The notes below the pieces were generated by a model. That model had not been told where the DNA came from, ran no database searches, and saw nothing but the letters and a program-made list of their open reading frames with translations. Shown here one piece after another: positions 24,592-33,650 of a DNA stretch of 64,000 bases (the first letter of the stretch is position 1; each line of letters opens with the position of its first letter). The stretch covers positions 3,007 to 67,006 of the forward strand of contig CAINVY010000011.1 of NCBI GenBank assembly GCA_903854335.1, given 5' to 3'. Position numbers and translations under genes: made by a program. The DNA comes from an uncultured Candidatus Peregrinibacteria bacterium (GTDB taxonomy: Bacteria; Patescibacteriota; Gracilibacteria; Peribacterales; Peribacteraceae).

Positions 24592-25960
24592 GAATGCTCA
24601 GTGTAACGAGGTTTCCTCCATTTCCGAGGGAGAAGGAAACGACGCCTTTCTCCTGTCCGAAATCGCGAAGGAGAGCGGTGAGGAGAGGGGAGGTGTTCAT
24701 GACGCGATTGAGGAAGGTTTGGGAGAGTGAGCCTCTGGCAAGGAGGGGCGTTTCTCCCGTCGGAGGAGGTGTTCTCAAATCCGAAATTGCCCGTGCGAGC
24801 CAGGACGCATCGTTACTGACGAGGAGCGTGTCGTCACTCTGCGCGGAATAGAGCCCACCGGTCACGCCTTTCTTTTCTGTGGCATCGAAGGTCCATTTGC
24901 CCAGAGTGTCTCTCGAGTTGGAGATGAGGTGCGGATCCGGTTCGATCGTTCTCGCGGAAAAATCATGCGTGAACGTTCGCTCCTTGATCGCGAAGGGCTG
25001 CAGCAGGGATTGCACGTCTTGGTGCAGGCGGGCAACGGCTGCCGTCGCTTCCCTTGTGGGCGAGGTTTCGATGAGAAATCGCAGCGCGAGGGCGCCGGTG
25101 CCGTCTCCAAGAGACAGTGACCCGGGAGAAGCGAAAAGCGGAGGAAGATCGTAGGCGAAGCTCGCATCTCTACCGAAGAGATCCTCCCACTTCTTGCGTA
25201 CGAATCCTTCCATGATCATCTGCTGTTCGCGAGGCAGGAGGTTTCGAAGTGCATTGAAGGAGTCCGAAGGTGAAGCGAAGGCGGCGGAGAAGGTTGGGGT
25301 GGGATCAAGTGTGAGGGGCAGCGTGAGCGAAGAGGGAAGGGAGGTGAAGTCCGTGTGTTTGGGCAAGAGCGAAAGCTCTACGCCGGAATCAGACCAATGC
25401 ATGGCCGCGAAAGGTGAGGAGGTCAGGGAAGAGAGAAGCAATGCGTCGCCGCTGCCCGAGGCAAGAAAGCGGAGATCGAAGAACGCTGACGGAGCCGGGG
25501 AATTTTGGGTGTGGAGAATGTTGTAAGCCTCAGAAGAAGAAAGAGGATTTTCTCCTTTCTCTTGGAATAAGATCGCAACATCGTTGCCGGAGAACGTGAC
25601 GGAGTATTGCTTTCCTTTGAACCGATCCCAAAACGAGGAGCCTTTCTGCGTACTTGGGGAAAATGATGCCCAGCCGATCGTATGATCTTTGAGTGCAAGG
25701 AAGGCGACGGTGGAATTCTTCTCGGCGGAAGTGAGAGGGAAGGAGGAGAAGATGGGAAAGGCGCGGACGATGCGGTTACGATCGGCCTTTGTGATTCCTT
25801 CAAAAAGTGCCACGGTCTCCTTTGCTGGTAGCAAATCGGCAGGCGTTTGTGACGTGTTCCCCATCGCAAAAATCCCTCCTCCCACGACCAATATCAGCAA
25901 AATTACCCCCAAAGACCCCCATAAAATGATGCGCCGTTTCTTGGAAAAGAGCTCCGTCAT
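24566..25960 (-). CDS. Membrane-anchored protein with a large extracytoplasmic domain, function unknown
   Basis: Single N-terminal TM (IILWGSLGVILLILVVGGGIFA). The track start at 25969 is a TTG; the first ATG is at 25960. It has no C-terminal TM bundle, so it is not SecD. Confidence 0.6.
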   Translation of the reverse strand: MTELFSKKRRIILWGSLGVILLILVVGGGIFAMGNTSQTPADLLPAKETVALFEGITKADRNRIVRAFPIFSSFPLTSAEKNSTVAFLALKDHTIGWASFSPSTQKGSSFWDRFKGKQYSVTFSGNDVAILFQEKGENPLSSSEAYNILHTQNSPAPSAFFDLRFLASGSGDALLLSSLTSSPFAAMHWSDSGVELSLLPKHTDFTSLPSSLTLPLTLDPTPTFSAAFASPSDSFNALRNLLPREQQMIMEGFVRKKWEDLFGRDASFAYDLPPLFASPGSLSLGDGTGALALRFLIETSPTREATAAVARLHQDVQSLLQPFAIKERTFTHDFSARTIEPDPHLISNSRDTLGKWTFDATEKKGVTGGLYSAQSDDTLLVSNDASWLARAISDLRTPPPTGETPLLARGSLSQTFLNRVMNTSPLLTALLRDFGQEKGVVSFSLGNGGNLVTLSIHGESSNRN

Positions 25961-26052
25961 TTGCCCCAATTGTAGCGCAAAATCTGTCTTTGTCTCGTCG
26001 AATCACTTTTGTATTCATAACCTTTTTCAGGCTCTATGGCTATTGCAACTTC

Positions 26053-26080
26053 TTGCAAAGAATCCCAGATCGAATACAAT
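26053..26080 (+). promoter_or_regulatory. Promoter-like element inside the ORF-free gap
   Basis: TTGCAA (26053-26058), 16 nt, TACAAT (26075-26080). No plus-strand gene lies downstream. Confidence 0.35.
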
Positions 26081-26650
26081 GCCCTGATTTGCCTAGTGCA
26101 GATCACGACACAAACAGTCACACACAAACCCCTGCCCCGGGGCACCACACAAAAAAGACAACGATCCTTCACATCACAGATACACTCATTCATTACTACT
26201 CTTCGCAGAGAGTACGGTGGCCGCAACTGCGGCTGCTCCCGCGTAGCGTTTCACTCATTCACGAATGGCTCCACTTGCCTCTGATGAGTACGCAAACGCC
26301 AATCAAACGGGACTCCTCCATGCATCCGGGGATGCTTGGACCGTCAGATGAGAGCCTTTCGGCTTTCGCCTGCGGCTACCGTTCTCTCTGCTCTGCAATG
26401 TCGTGTCACGGAAAGCGAGGATGCTCCAGTGACGCGCTACTGCTTCTCCCCAGTGCCTCCCGAGCGGCTTTGTCGCTCCGCGGTGGGCCGGTCCGGGGAC
26501 TTCGTTGGGTTACGAGGAGAAACAAGAAACCCGAGCAAGGCAGAGAAACGAGGTATCCTCACCTCAAGTCTTCCTCCATTGTTATAAGGCTCAGCGCTTG
26601 ACTCATGTGATTCGGCGCTGATAGTCACGGAGGACCGACACAAACACAAA

Positions 26651-26673
26651 AAGGCACCGAAAGGGGCCTTTTT
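26651..26673. terminator. Hairpin with flanking A and T tracts (bidirectional terminator-like)
   Basis: AAGGCACC-GAAA-GGGGCCTT followed by TTTG. The stem has one mismatch and a GNRA loop. A-rich on the 5' side. Confidence 0.5.
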
Positions 26674-26711
26674 GTTAAGCATGAGAAAGAAACCTACGGC
26701 TTCTCTCTCAT

Positions 26712-26778
26712 GGACTCTCTTTTCCCTCAATGGTGTCGCTCCAGGCAGGCAGAGCCTGCCTTCGCGACGGATTGTTTA
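26712..26778. repeat. Intergenic hairpin repeat (copy of 2564-2629)
   Basis: ggactctcttttccctcaatggtgtcgctccaggcaggcagagcctgccttcgcgacgg. Confidence 0.8.
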
Positions 26779-27153
26779 ATATAGGTGTGCAATGAGATTG
26801 AATACATCTTTGTTTGGTGAGCTCGCCAGTTCGCAGAAAAAAAAGAGAGACGCAGCCATGAAGACTGCGCCCCAAACCCTCCTGGGTTGGTGTGGCCAAG
26901 TGTCAGGAGAGAATGGAAGTGTAGACGAGTGGAAAATGTGTCTCAAGAGTGGATCCATGTTTTCAATTAAAGGGGCGCAATTCGCGAGAATTGTGCCCCG
27001 ATGGCCACTGTCTCTGGCTGATGAATCAGAACGAGACAGTAGGACGAGAAAATTTTATACCAAATTAAATTGATGACAACTTCTCTTGTTTTGCGTCTTC
27101 GCATCGCTTCTGCGCAATAGAAAAGTGCTTAGAAACGAAGATTCCAAAGGATT

Positions 27154-27177
27154 GAGGCGCAGCCGTAGCTGCGCCTC
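27154..27177 (-). terminator. Hairpin downstream of the TPR gene
   Basis: GAGGCGCAGC-CGTA-GCTGCGCCTC, a perfect 10-bp stem 75 nt after the stop. The U tract on the minus strand is weak. Confidence 0.45.
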
Positions 27178-27251
27178 TCCCCCTGCCCCCCACTACTCCC
27201 CAGAAGTCTGGGCAGAAGGAAAAGAAGCGTAGTCCCGGTGTCGAGGAAAAT

Positions 27252-28577
27252 CTACTTTGCGGCTCCCAGGTTGAGGAGGTTTTGCTTCGCGTCATCGAGC
27301 GTGGGATCGAGTTGCAGCGCTTTCTCGAACGCGGTTTCGGCGTCAGTTTTATTCTTCTGCGCGGCGAGAGTCCAACCGAGAATGTCGTAGGATTGCGCGT
27401 CGTCCGGCCACTTCTTCACCGCGTTTTGCGCCGTTTTCGATGCCTCATCAAAGTTCTGAAGTTGCAGTGCGACCTTCACGTAGTTCGCAATGCTCGGGAG
27501 ATCGGCACCGGACGCGGTGGCCAGCGAACGTAGCTGATCGAGAGCCATCGGAAGATCGCCCGAAATCTGTGCTTCGACCGCAATCATACGGCGGACTTCA
27601 TTCTCTGGTTGGAAGCCGTTCTTGAGTGCGTACTGGAGGAAGGTTGTAGCGTTATGGGGATCATTCAGGGCGGCGTAGGTGCGGCCGAGGAAGTACTGGA
27701 TCTCGGGTTTCTCGGGATCGAGTGCGTACGCGCGCTCGAGGGAGGAGAGGGCGCGGTCGTAGCGTTCGGTCGTGAGTTCGCAGTATCCCTGGACGATCCA
27801 GGCGTCGCGGTAGTCATCCTGCTTCTTCGTCACGTCCGCGAGGATGGGGAGGGCGATCTCGCATTCTTGTACCTCCGCGAGCGCGTGGGCGAGGAGGGTC
27901 TCGAGATGAATGTCGCGGCTCTCGGGGAAGAGGGCGAACTCGCTGTAGGCATCTTGGAGAATGCCGGCGTAGGTGCGAAGTGTTGGTTCCCAGCCGTTCG
28001 CAACGAGGGCGAGCTCGGTCTTGGCCGCGTCGTTATTTCCCTGAATGATCGAAAGGATGGCCAGGCCGTAGTGCTTCTGCGGCGAATCGCCCGCCTGCGC
28101 GAGGAGTGTTTTGGCCTGTTCGAGCTCTCCTGTGCGCAGGTCGATGAGGACGTTGAAGAGCAGGATGTCTTCGACTGCCGCGCCATTACTCTTCATTTGA
28201 TCGAGGGTTGAGCGTAACGCATCCATCTCGCGGCGCTGGAGCTGCGCTTCCGCCAGCTTCTTCAGAGCGGGAAGGCCCCCCTGCGCATCCACCGAAGCGC
28301 GATACTCTTGCTCGGCGGATTTGTAGTCACCTTCAAGTGCGAAAAGATCGCCCTGTCGCAGGTGGAGCAGCGCGCGGTCCGTTCCGTTGGTGATCGGTTC
28401 GTCGGCGTTCTGCGCCCTCTCGAAATCGGAAGCGAGCAGCGTCGAACCCGGTTGATGAGCGGACTGATTGGCGAGGTACGCTGCGCCGTGCAATTCGAAC
28501 CAGAAGTACGTGAAGAGTCCCGCGACCACGAGGAGCGCGGCCAAGAGGGGAACGACAATGCGGGGAGAGAGACGCAT
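27252..28577 (-). CDS. Membrane-anchored TPR-repeat protein
   Basis: 441 aa. N-terminal TM followed by repeated A..Y......G....A...F..AL..DP TPR patterns. Confidence 0.8.
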   Translation of the reverse strand: MRLSPRIVVPLLAALLVVAGLFTYFWFELHGAAYLANQSAHQPGSTLLASDFERAQNADEPITNGTDRALLHLRQGDLFALEGDYKSAEQEYRASVDAQGGLPALKKLAEAQLQRREMDALRSTLDQMKSNGAAVEDILLFNVLIDLRTGELEQAKTLLAQAGDSPQKHYGLAILSIIQGNNDAAKTELALVANGWEPTLRTYAGILQDAYSEFALFPESRDIHLETLLAHALAEVQECEIALPILADVTKKQDDYRDAWIVQGYCELTTERYDRALSSLERAYALDPEKPEIQYFLGRTYAALNDPHNATTFLQYALKNGFQPENEVRRMIAVEAQISGDLPMALDQLRSLATASGADLPSIANYVKVALQLQNFDEASKTAQNAVKKWPDDAQSYDILGWTLAAQKNKTDAETAFEKALQLDPTLDDAKQNLLNLGAAK

Positions 28578-28633
28578 GACAGGCGGCGAGATTACCTCGA
28601 TTTAAAGCGAAAATCCACCTCTCGTCTTCTCGT

Positions 28634-29254
28634 TTACTTCCCGAGCTGCGGGCTCATTTCGCCATCATCTCCATGCGCTGTTCCGCCTCCTCCCAATTTC
28701 TCCTTCGCGGCGGAGTCGGCGATGTGCTTGGGAATCACCGCTTCGACAGCCCCCCACTTCGCTTCGCCTTCCTGCGGCAGGAGCACGGTCACCTGATCAC
28801 CGACCTCGGCGCGGTAGAACGTGACGGATGCGAGCAGAACGCGGAAGGCTTTGCCCTCGGCGAGCACTTTGTACTGACCGTCCTCCTGGATGAGGAGGCC
28901 GAGCGCCGTGCGGCGCTGGATCGGGGCGATTTGTTTGTAGATGAATTTTCCTTCGTCGGTGATGGTCAGTTTCATGCCGTCTCCTTCGACGAGCTTGCTC
29001 TTCGATGCGTAGTTCGCCGGTACGGGATACGTCTGCCCCGCAGAGTCCATCATGTTCTGGCCGTCGAAGATCCCTTCGATCACGCGGCCCGTAGCCGCTG
29101 CGCCTCCGGAGAAGGAGGTGGCGCGCATCATGTTGCGTTCATGGCTGCTGTCGACGACACCCGTCACATCGCGCAGGAGTGCATGGGCGGTCTTGAGCGA
29201 AGACATCGCGGAGTCGATCAGTTCTTGTATCTGTACGAGTGTGTCGTCTGACAT
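28634..29254 (-). CDS. Hypothetical protein
   Basis: 206 aa with an ATG start. Compact spacing within the minus-strand operon. I recognised no motif. Confidence 0.55.
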   Translation of the reverse strand: MSDDTLVQIQELIDSAMSSLKTAHALLRDVTGVVDSSHERNMMRATSFSGGAAATGRVIEGIFDGQNMMDSAGQTYPVPANYASKSKLVEGDGMKLTITDEGKFIYKQIAPIQRRTALGLLIQEDGQYKVLAEGKAFRVLLASVTFYRAEVGDQVTVLLPQEGEAKWGAVEAVIPKHIADSAAKEKLGGGGTAHGDDGEMSPQLGK

Positions 29255-29272
29255 AGGAATGTGGGAATAGTT

Positions 29273-30280
29273 TTAGCGGATCTCACGGACAGAAAGAGGA
29301 GAAGTTTGGAGCCGGTTCGTCATCTCGATGTCTGTGAGGAGTCCTTTCTCAGCGCCGAGGTATTCCAGGACGCTGCAGGAGTTTATCGTACCTGCAGAGA
29401 GCGCTCTTGGCAAGTCAAAGCGGTGCAAGATGGCCCACGTGAAGCCGACCCCGAAGGCGTCGCCGGCACCGGTGGTGGAAAGAATCTGCGTGTTCTCGAG
29501 CGCGGGGCAGTGGAGAATGTTCTCTCCTTCCATGGCGGCGGATCCGTTCGCGCCGTCGGTGATGCATACGATGCGCACACCGGCCTTGCGCAGTGTGGAG
29601 AGCGAGTCCTCGACGGTGGATTCTCCCGTGAAAGCGAGTGCCTCCTCTTTATTGAGGAGGAGGATCGACGTGTGGGCGAGGAGACGGGCGATGCCGGCTT
29701 CGTGCATTCCTTTCTGGATTTGGCAGCCTCCGGGATTCCAGGTCAGGCCGAGGGCAGGGGAAGCGTCGAACACCGCATGGATGTCTTCGCCGATTTCACA
29801 GCTCTCCTCGTTCAGGTGGTTCAAGTAGATCCAATCGCACGCTTCCATCTTCTCGCGATCGAACGTGGCGTGGTGCAGGTGTGTGTTCGTTCCGGGCGTG
29901 TAGAGGATGATGCGATCACCGCTCCCGACCGACAGGATGATGGAGGAGCTGGTCGTTTCTCCTTCGGTGACGGTTGCCGCGCTCACATCCACCCCTTCGC
30001 TGCGCATGTTCTCGAGGAGGAGTTCGCCCCATTTATCGCTGCCGACAATGCCGCAGAACGAAGATGCGCACCCGAGCCTGGCGAGTCCCACGGCGGTATT
30101 CGATGCGCCGCCTCCGCAGGATTCGATCACTTCCTCAACGCGGATCTTGGCACCGACGGGGAGACTTAATGTTTCGACTTCCCCCTGTTTCGTCACGAGT
30201 TTTTTATCTGTGCGCACGAAGAGATCGAGCGTTGCTCCTCCGATCGACAGCGTGCGAAACGTTTGTGGCAGGGGAGACAT
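29273..30280 (-). CDS. PfkB-family carbohydrate/nucleoside kinase
   Basis: GGASNTAVGLARLG near the N-terminus and TTGAGDAFGVGF near the C-terminus, the ribokinase-like signatures. Confidence 0.85.
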   Translation of the reverse strand: MSPLPQTFRTLSIGGATLDLFVRTDKKLVTKQGEVETLSLPVGAKIRVEEVIESCGGGASNTAVGLARLGCASSFCGIVGSDKWGELLLENMRSEGVDVSAATVTEGETTSSSIILSVGSGDRIILYTPGTNTHLHHATFDREKMEACDWIYLNHLNEESCEIGEDIHAVFDASPALGLTWNPGGCQIQKGMHEAGIARLLAHTSILLLNKEEALAFTGESTVEDSLSTLRKAGVRIVCITDGANGSAAMEGENILHCPALENTQILSTTGAGDAFGVGFTWAILHRFDLPRALSAGTINSCSVLEYLGAEKGLLTDIEMTNRLQTSPLSVREIR

Positions 30281-30289
30281 GCGTGAGAG

Positions 30290-32755
30290 TTAGGAACCGC
30301 GGTAACGCGCTTCCATCGACCTCAGGAATTGCTGCGTCATCCGCTTCGAGCGCTTGCGCTGCCAGAGTCCGCCTGCGAGGAGAACGATGAGCCCGCCTGC
30401 CATCCACCAGGCGCCATCGGGAAGACCCGAGCTTGCCACGGAGGGAAGCGAGGAGAGCAAGCCGCTCAAACCGGCCGGATACACCGGGGACGTATCGCTT
30501 GGAGCGGGATGGAAGCCGTTGGTATCGAGAGGAACGCCCTGTCCCTTCGCGACGAGATCCGTGAGCGGTGTTCCTTTCGTCGCAATCGGTGTGACCGTAA
30601 CGTAGTAGGTGATGCCCGGGAGGAGATCGCGGAGCGTCAGTGTGCGTGCTTCGTCCGCCTGCATGTCACCGCCCGGCATGGAGCGGGTTTCGTTCAGAGC
30701 ATTGGGATCGGCGCCGTAGGCGATTTGGAACGACGCGACGGAAGTGTTCTCCGAGAAAGACCAGGTCAGTGAGAGCGATTCTACGTCCGGAGTCACGGTC
30801 AGCGTGAGGCCGGCGGGGCGCGCCGTCACGACGGCGGATTTGTCGCTTTCCAGTTTTCCCTTCAGCGTCGTCACGGCGAAGTAGTAGGTCGTGTTGGCTT
30901 GGAGGCCCGTGATGTGCGCACCCGGTGTCGCGGACACGGTGTCGATGGTGTAGGCGAACTCTCCTTCATGATCGCCGACGTAGACGCGGAACTTATCGAT
31001 CTTGTCAGACGTGATCGGATCCCAGGTGAGATTCACCGCTCCCGAGAGAGGCTCCGCCTTCAGATTCTGTGCGATGGGAAGCTCGGGAGAAACCGTCGTA
31101 AGCGGCACCATCATCTGGATGGAATTTTGCGCGGCATCCGTCGCCGTGATCTTCGGTTGATAGTCGCCGGCTTTCGGAGCGGAGAAGAGGAGTTGGTACG
31201 TGCCGAGCTTCGTCGTGTCTTCCTTCAGCGCCAGTTGCTGGCCGCCCAAATCCATTGTGACGGACGGGAGACCCGGTTCGCTCTCTACGACGAGGAGCAC
31301 CATGGAGCCTTCCTGCGGCTTATCGGGTGCGAAGGTCGCAGAGCGAACGGATGGGGGATCCGTGTCGCGGATGAGGTGGAGCGACGCGTCCGAGCCCTGG
31401 CTGTCGGTGACTTGTAACGTGTATTCGTTGTAGTCGGGATTGAGCGGAACGGAGAGGGAAAAGTGTCCGCTCGCGTCCGTATCGCCCGTCACTTTATCCA
31501 GTCCGCCGGTGATCTGAATGTTCGCGTAGGGCTGTCCTACACCTTCGATGGTGACAGGCTTCGCGCCGACGGTGGAATCTTGCTGGGGCGATGTGATCGT
31601 GAGGGCGTGCCCAGTTGTAGAAGAAGTGGCACCCGAAACATTTACTGTGACTTGGCTGCTGATGGGATGCGCGGGATCCGTCATGTCCGAGACGACGATC
31701 GTCTGGTTCCCCACTTGGGAGAAACTGAGACTCAGCGGCATGAATTTCTGTCCGAGATTCTTCGCAAGGAATGTCACGGAGCCTTGATTCGGATTCGAGC
31801 CGAATCCCGGGAGGTTTGCGGCAGGGTCCGTGGGAGAGGAAATTTCCACGGTCCCCGTGTAGTCCTGTACGGTCGATCCGTTCTTATCAATCGCGCGAAT
31901 CGTGAGATTGCCCTGTTCGTTCACTTGCAAGCTCGACGGATCCACCGTAATCACGAATCCCTGCAAGACGCCCATGCCGCCCGTGGTCGTGGTTGCGATA
32001 TCCGCGAGGAGGGGATTTGAGATGTTGCGCTGTGGAGGGGTGTAATCCGAGCCGGTTGAGAGCGGATTGGAACCGTCGGAAGGTCCGCCGACGGCGCCGC
32101 CTCCGGCAGCGATCGTCACTTGGCCGGTGAGTTGCGTGTCGCTCAAAATATCGAGCGCGCGAACGGTGATGGTGCCCGGCTCCGTGGATGTCACGGAGAA
32201 CTTCTGCGTACCCGTGTTGTCGGTTTCCGATGTCAGCGCATTGCTCTTGGCTTGCGGCAGGGAGAGTACGAGTTCCACGGGGCGGCCCGGAAGGGGATTG
32301 CCGTACTGGTCGTGGAGGGAAACGCTCACGGTCGCCGCATCCTGCCCGTCGGAATCGATGGAGGTCTTGGTTGCGGAAAGGGAGGATGCGTCGGCATCGG
32401 TCACGTCGGAGAGGATGTCGAATGCCTTCTCATCGGAGATGCGATTCCCCTGCGATCCGAGGAAGACGTGATACGTTCCGGCCTTCTCCGTGCTCGTGGC
32501 GGGAATGTGAAACTTTACGCTTCCCTGAGCGTCGAGAGACACGGGGAAAGCGACGAGATTGCCGGAGGGGGGGCGCAGCACGAGATCATCCTGCGCATTT
32601 GGTCCGAAGCTCGAGATCGTCACCTCGGCTCCGAGCCCCGCGACGGAGTCGGAAACGCTCACTGTTCCCGCACTGAGAACCGCTGTCGGGAAGAGCCCGA
32701 AGATGATGAGCGCCAAGGAAACGATGCTGATGTTGTTTTTCATATTTCGATTCAT
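30290..32755 (-). CDS. Large surface protein with Big (Ig-like) and fibronectin-III-like domains
   Basis: Signal peptide MNRNMKNNISIVSLALIIFG (internal ATGs at 32755 and 32743 preferred over 32836). Invasin-type Big_1 segment (DSDGQDAATVSVSLHDQYGNPLPGRPVEL). FN3-like segments (NLTWDP..FRVYVG..YYFAVTT). The C-terminal LPDGA, hydrophobic stretch and RKRSKR resemble a sortase-type sorting signal. Confidence 0.8.
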   Translation of the reverse strand: MNRNMKNNISIVSLALIIFGLFPTAVLSAGTVSVSDSVAGLGAEVTISSFGPNAQDDLVLRPPSGNLVAFPVSLDAQGSVKFHIPATSTEKAGTYHVFLGSQGNRISDEKAFDILSDVTDADASSLSATKTSIDSDGQDAATVSVSLHDQYGNPLPGRPVELVLSLPQAKSNALTSETDNTGTQKFSVTSTEPGTITVRALDILSDTQLTGQVTIAAGGGAVGGPSDGSNPLSTGSDYTPPQRNISNPLLADIATTTTGGMGVLQGFVITVDPSSLQVNEQGNLTIRAIDKNGSTVQDYTGTVEISSPTDPAANLPGFGSNPNQGSVTFLAKNLGQKFMPLSLSFSQVGNQTIVVSDMTDPAHPISSQVTVNVSGATSSTTGHALTITSPQQDSTVGAKPVTIEGVGQPYANIQITGGLDKVTGDTDASGHFSLSVPLNPDYNEYTLQVTDSQGSDASLHLIRDTDPPSVRSATFAPDKPQEGSMVLLVVESEPGLPSVTMDLGGQQLALKEDTTKLGTYQLLFSAPKAGDYQPKITATDAAQNSIQMMVPLTTVSPELPIAQNLKAEPLSGAVNLTWDPITSDKIDKFRVYVGDHEGEFAYTIDTVSATPGAHITGLQANTTYYFAVTTLKGKLESDKSAVVTARPAGLTLTVTPDVESLSLTWSFSENTSVASFQIAYGADPNALNETRSMPGGDMQADEARTLTLRDLLPGITYYVTVTPIATKGTPLTDLVAKGQGVPLDTNGFHPAPSDTSPVYPAGLSGLLSSLPSVASSGLPDGAWWMAGGLIVLLAGGLWQRKRSKRMTQQFLRSMEARYRGS

Positions 32756-32888
32756 TATAGCATTTTTGGCTTCCGGCCTCAATTCCCGAAGGCATATCCC
32801 AACCTCAAATATGTATTTGTCCATTACTTTTAACATGGGTTGGGCATCACGTTTGTACGTTTTGGAGCGCCGTCGGTATCATCGAGCC

Positions 32889-33467
32889 ATGCGTATTCCC
32901 GTCTCCTCAAGATCCTTTGTCGGCGTCCTGCTCGTCTCCGCTTTATTGGCAAGCTGCGGCGGAACAACCACTTCCAAGGTTACCTGCACACAGCAGTACT
33001 GGAATGGCACGGTGGGCATTTGTCTTCCCACGGATTGGCAAGTCATGGATAGGGAGCGCGTGGATCAATACGGTGTCGGAGCGGATACGGTTCTCTCCCT
33101 GCAGACGATGAAGCCCGTTTCCGGAACGCTCCCCACAATCGTCATCACGCAGGAAATGCTCAAACAACCCATGAACACGACGGCATACAGTGCGGCCAGC
33201 ATTCGCGCGGTTTCTACGCTCCCGGGGTACCAGTTGATCGATGAGCGCACGACGAACGTCGACGGAGTGTCGAGTGAGATCCACGTCTACAGCGCACAGC
33301 CCGCGACGGATCAACCGAAGAATCGTTACTATCAAGTGAGCGCGGTGTCGAAGGGGGTGGGGTATACGGCGACGGCGTATGCGCCCCTCTCCATTTCTCA
33401 GACGCTCGAACAACAGATCTTTCTGATGTTGGATTCGTTCACGTTCGTCGCGCCGAAATCGAAGTGA
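32889..33467 (+). CDS. Putative lipoprotein
   Basis: Internal ATG of ORF 32559-33467. MRIPVSSRSFVGVLLVSALLASCGG contains a lipobox (LLASC). Confidence 0.6.
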   Translation: MRIPVSSRSFVGVLLVSALLASCGGTTTSKVTCTQQYWNGTVGICLPTDWQVMDRERVDQYGVGADTVLSLQTMKPVSGTLPTIVITQEMLKQPMNTTAYSAASIRAVSTLPGYQLIDERTTNVDGVSSEIHVYSAQPATDQPKNRYYQVSAVSKGVGYTATAYAPLSISQTLEQQIFLMLDSFTFVAPKSK

Positions 33468-33545
33468 GGTTTGAGGATTCCTCGGTTTCCTTTTTTACCT
33501 TCCCCTTCAGCATCCACAAAAATTCCGTATACTGCAGTCGTCTTC

Positions 33546-33620
33546 GGTGCCGTAGCCAAGTAGTAAGGCAGGGGTCTGCAAAACCCCCATGCGTGGGTGC
33601 GATTCCCACCGGCACCTCCA
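33546..33620 (+). tRNA. tRNA-Cys (GCA), CCA encoded
   Basis: Acceptor stem GGTGCCG/CGGCACC. Anticodon stem GGGGT/ACCCC with loop CTGCAAA. T arm GTGGG-TGCGATT-CCCAC. 3' TCCA. Confidence 0.9.
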
Positions 33621-33650
33621 GAATTTTGCGTACGCAAAATTCTGGAGGTG
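33613..33650 (+). other. Perfect 38-nt palindrome that begins inside the tRNA-Cys 3' end
   Basis: CACCTCCAGAATTTTGCGT/ACGCAAAATTCTGGAGGTG. No U tract follows. Confidence 0.85.

Noticed and set aside
24566-25960. SecD, given its position directly upstream of secF
   Set aside because: It has only one TM helix and lacks the C-terminal five-helix SecD/F membrane domain.
25990-26601. 203-aa plus-strand ORF in the ORF-free gap
   Set aside because: Its composition is not protein-like (runs of S, R, H, C and L with no hydrophobic periodicity). The region is treated as non-coding.
25961-27251. RNase P RNA, tmRNA or SRP RNA hidden in the gap
   Set aside because: I looked on both strands for GGAAAGUCC plus ACAGAA..CGGCUUA (RNase P), for a tRNA-like GGUUCGA..CUCCACCA end (tmRNA) and for GGAAGGAAGCAGCC (SRP). 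I found only weak partial resemblances in the wrong order. A covariance-model scan is still needed.
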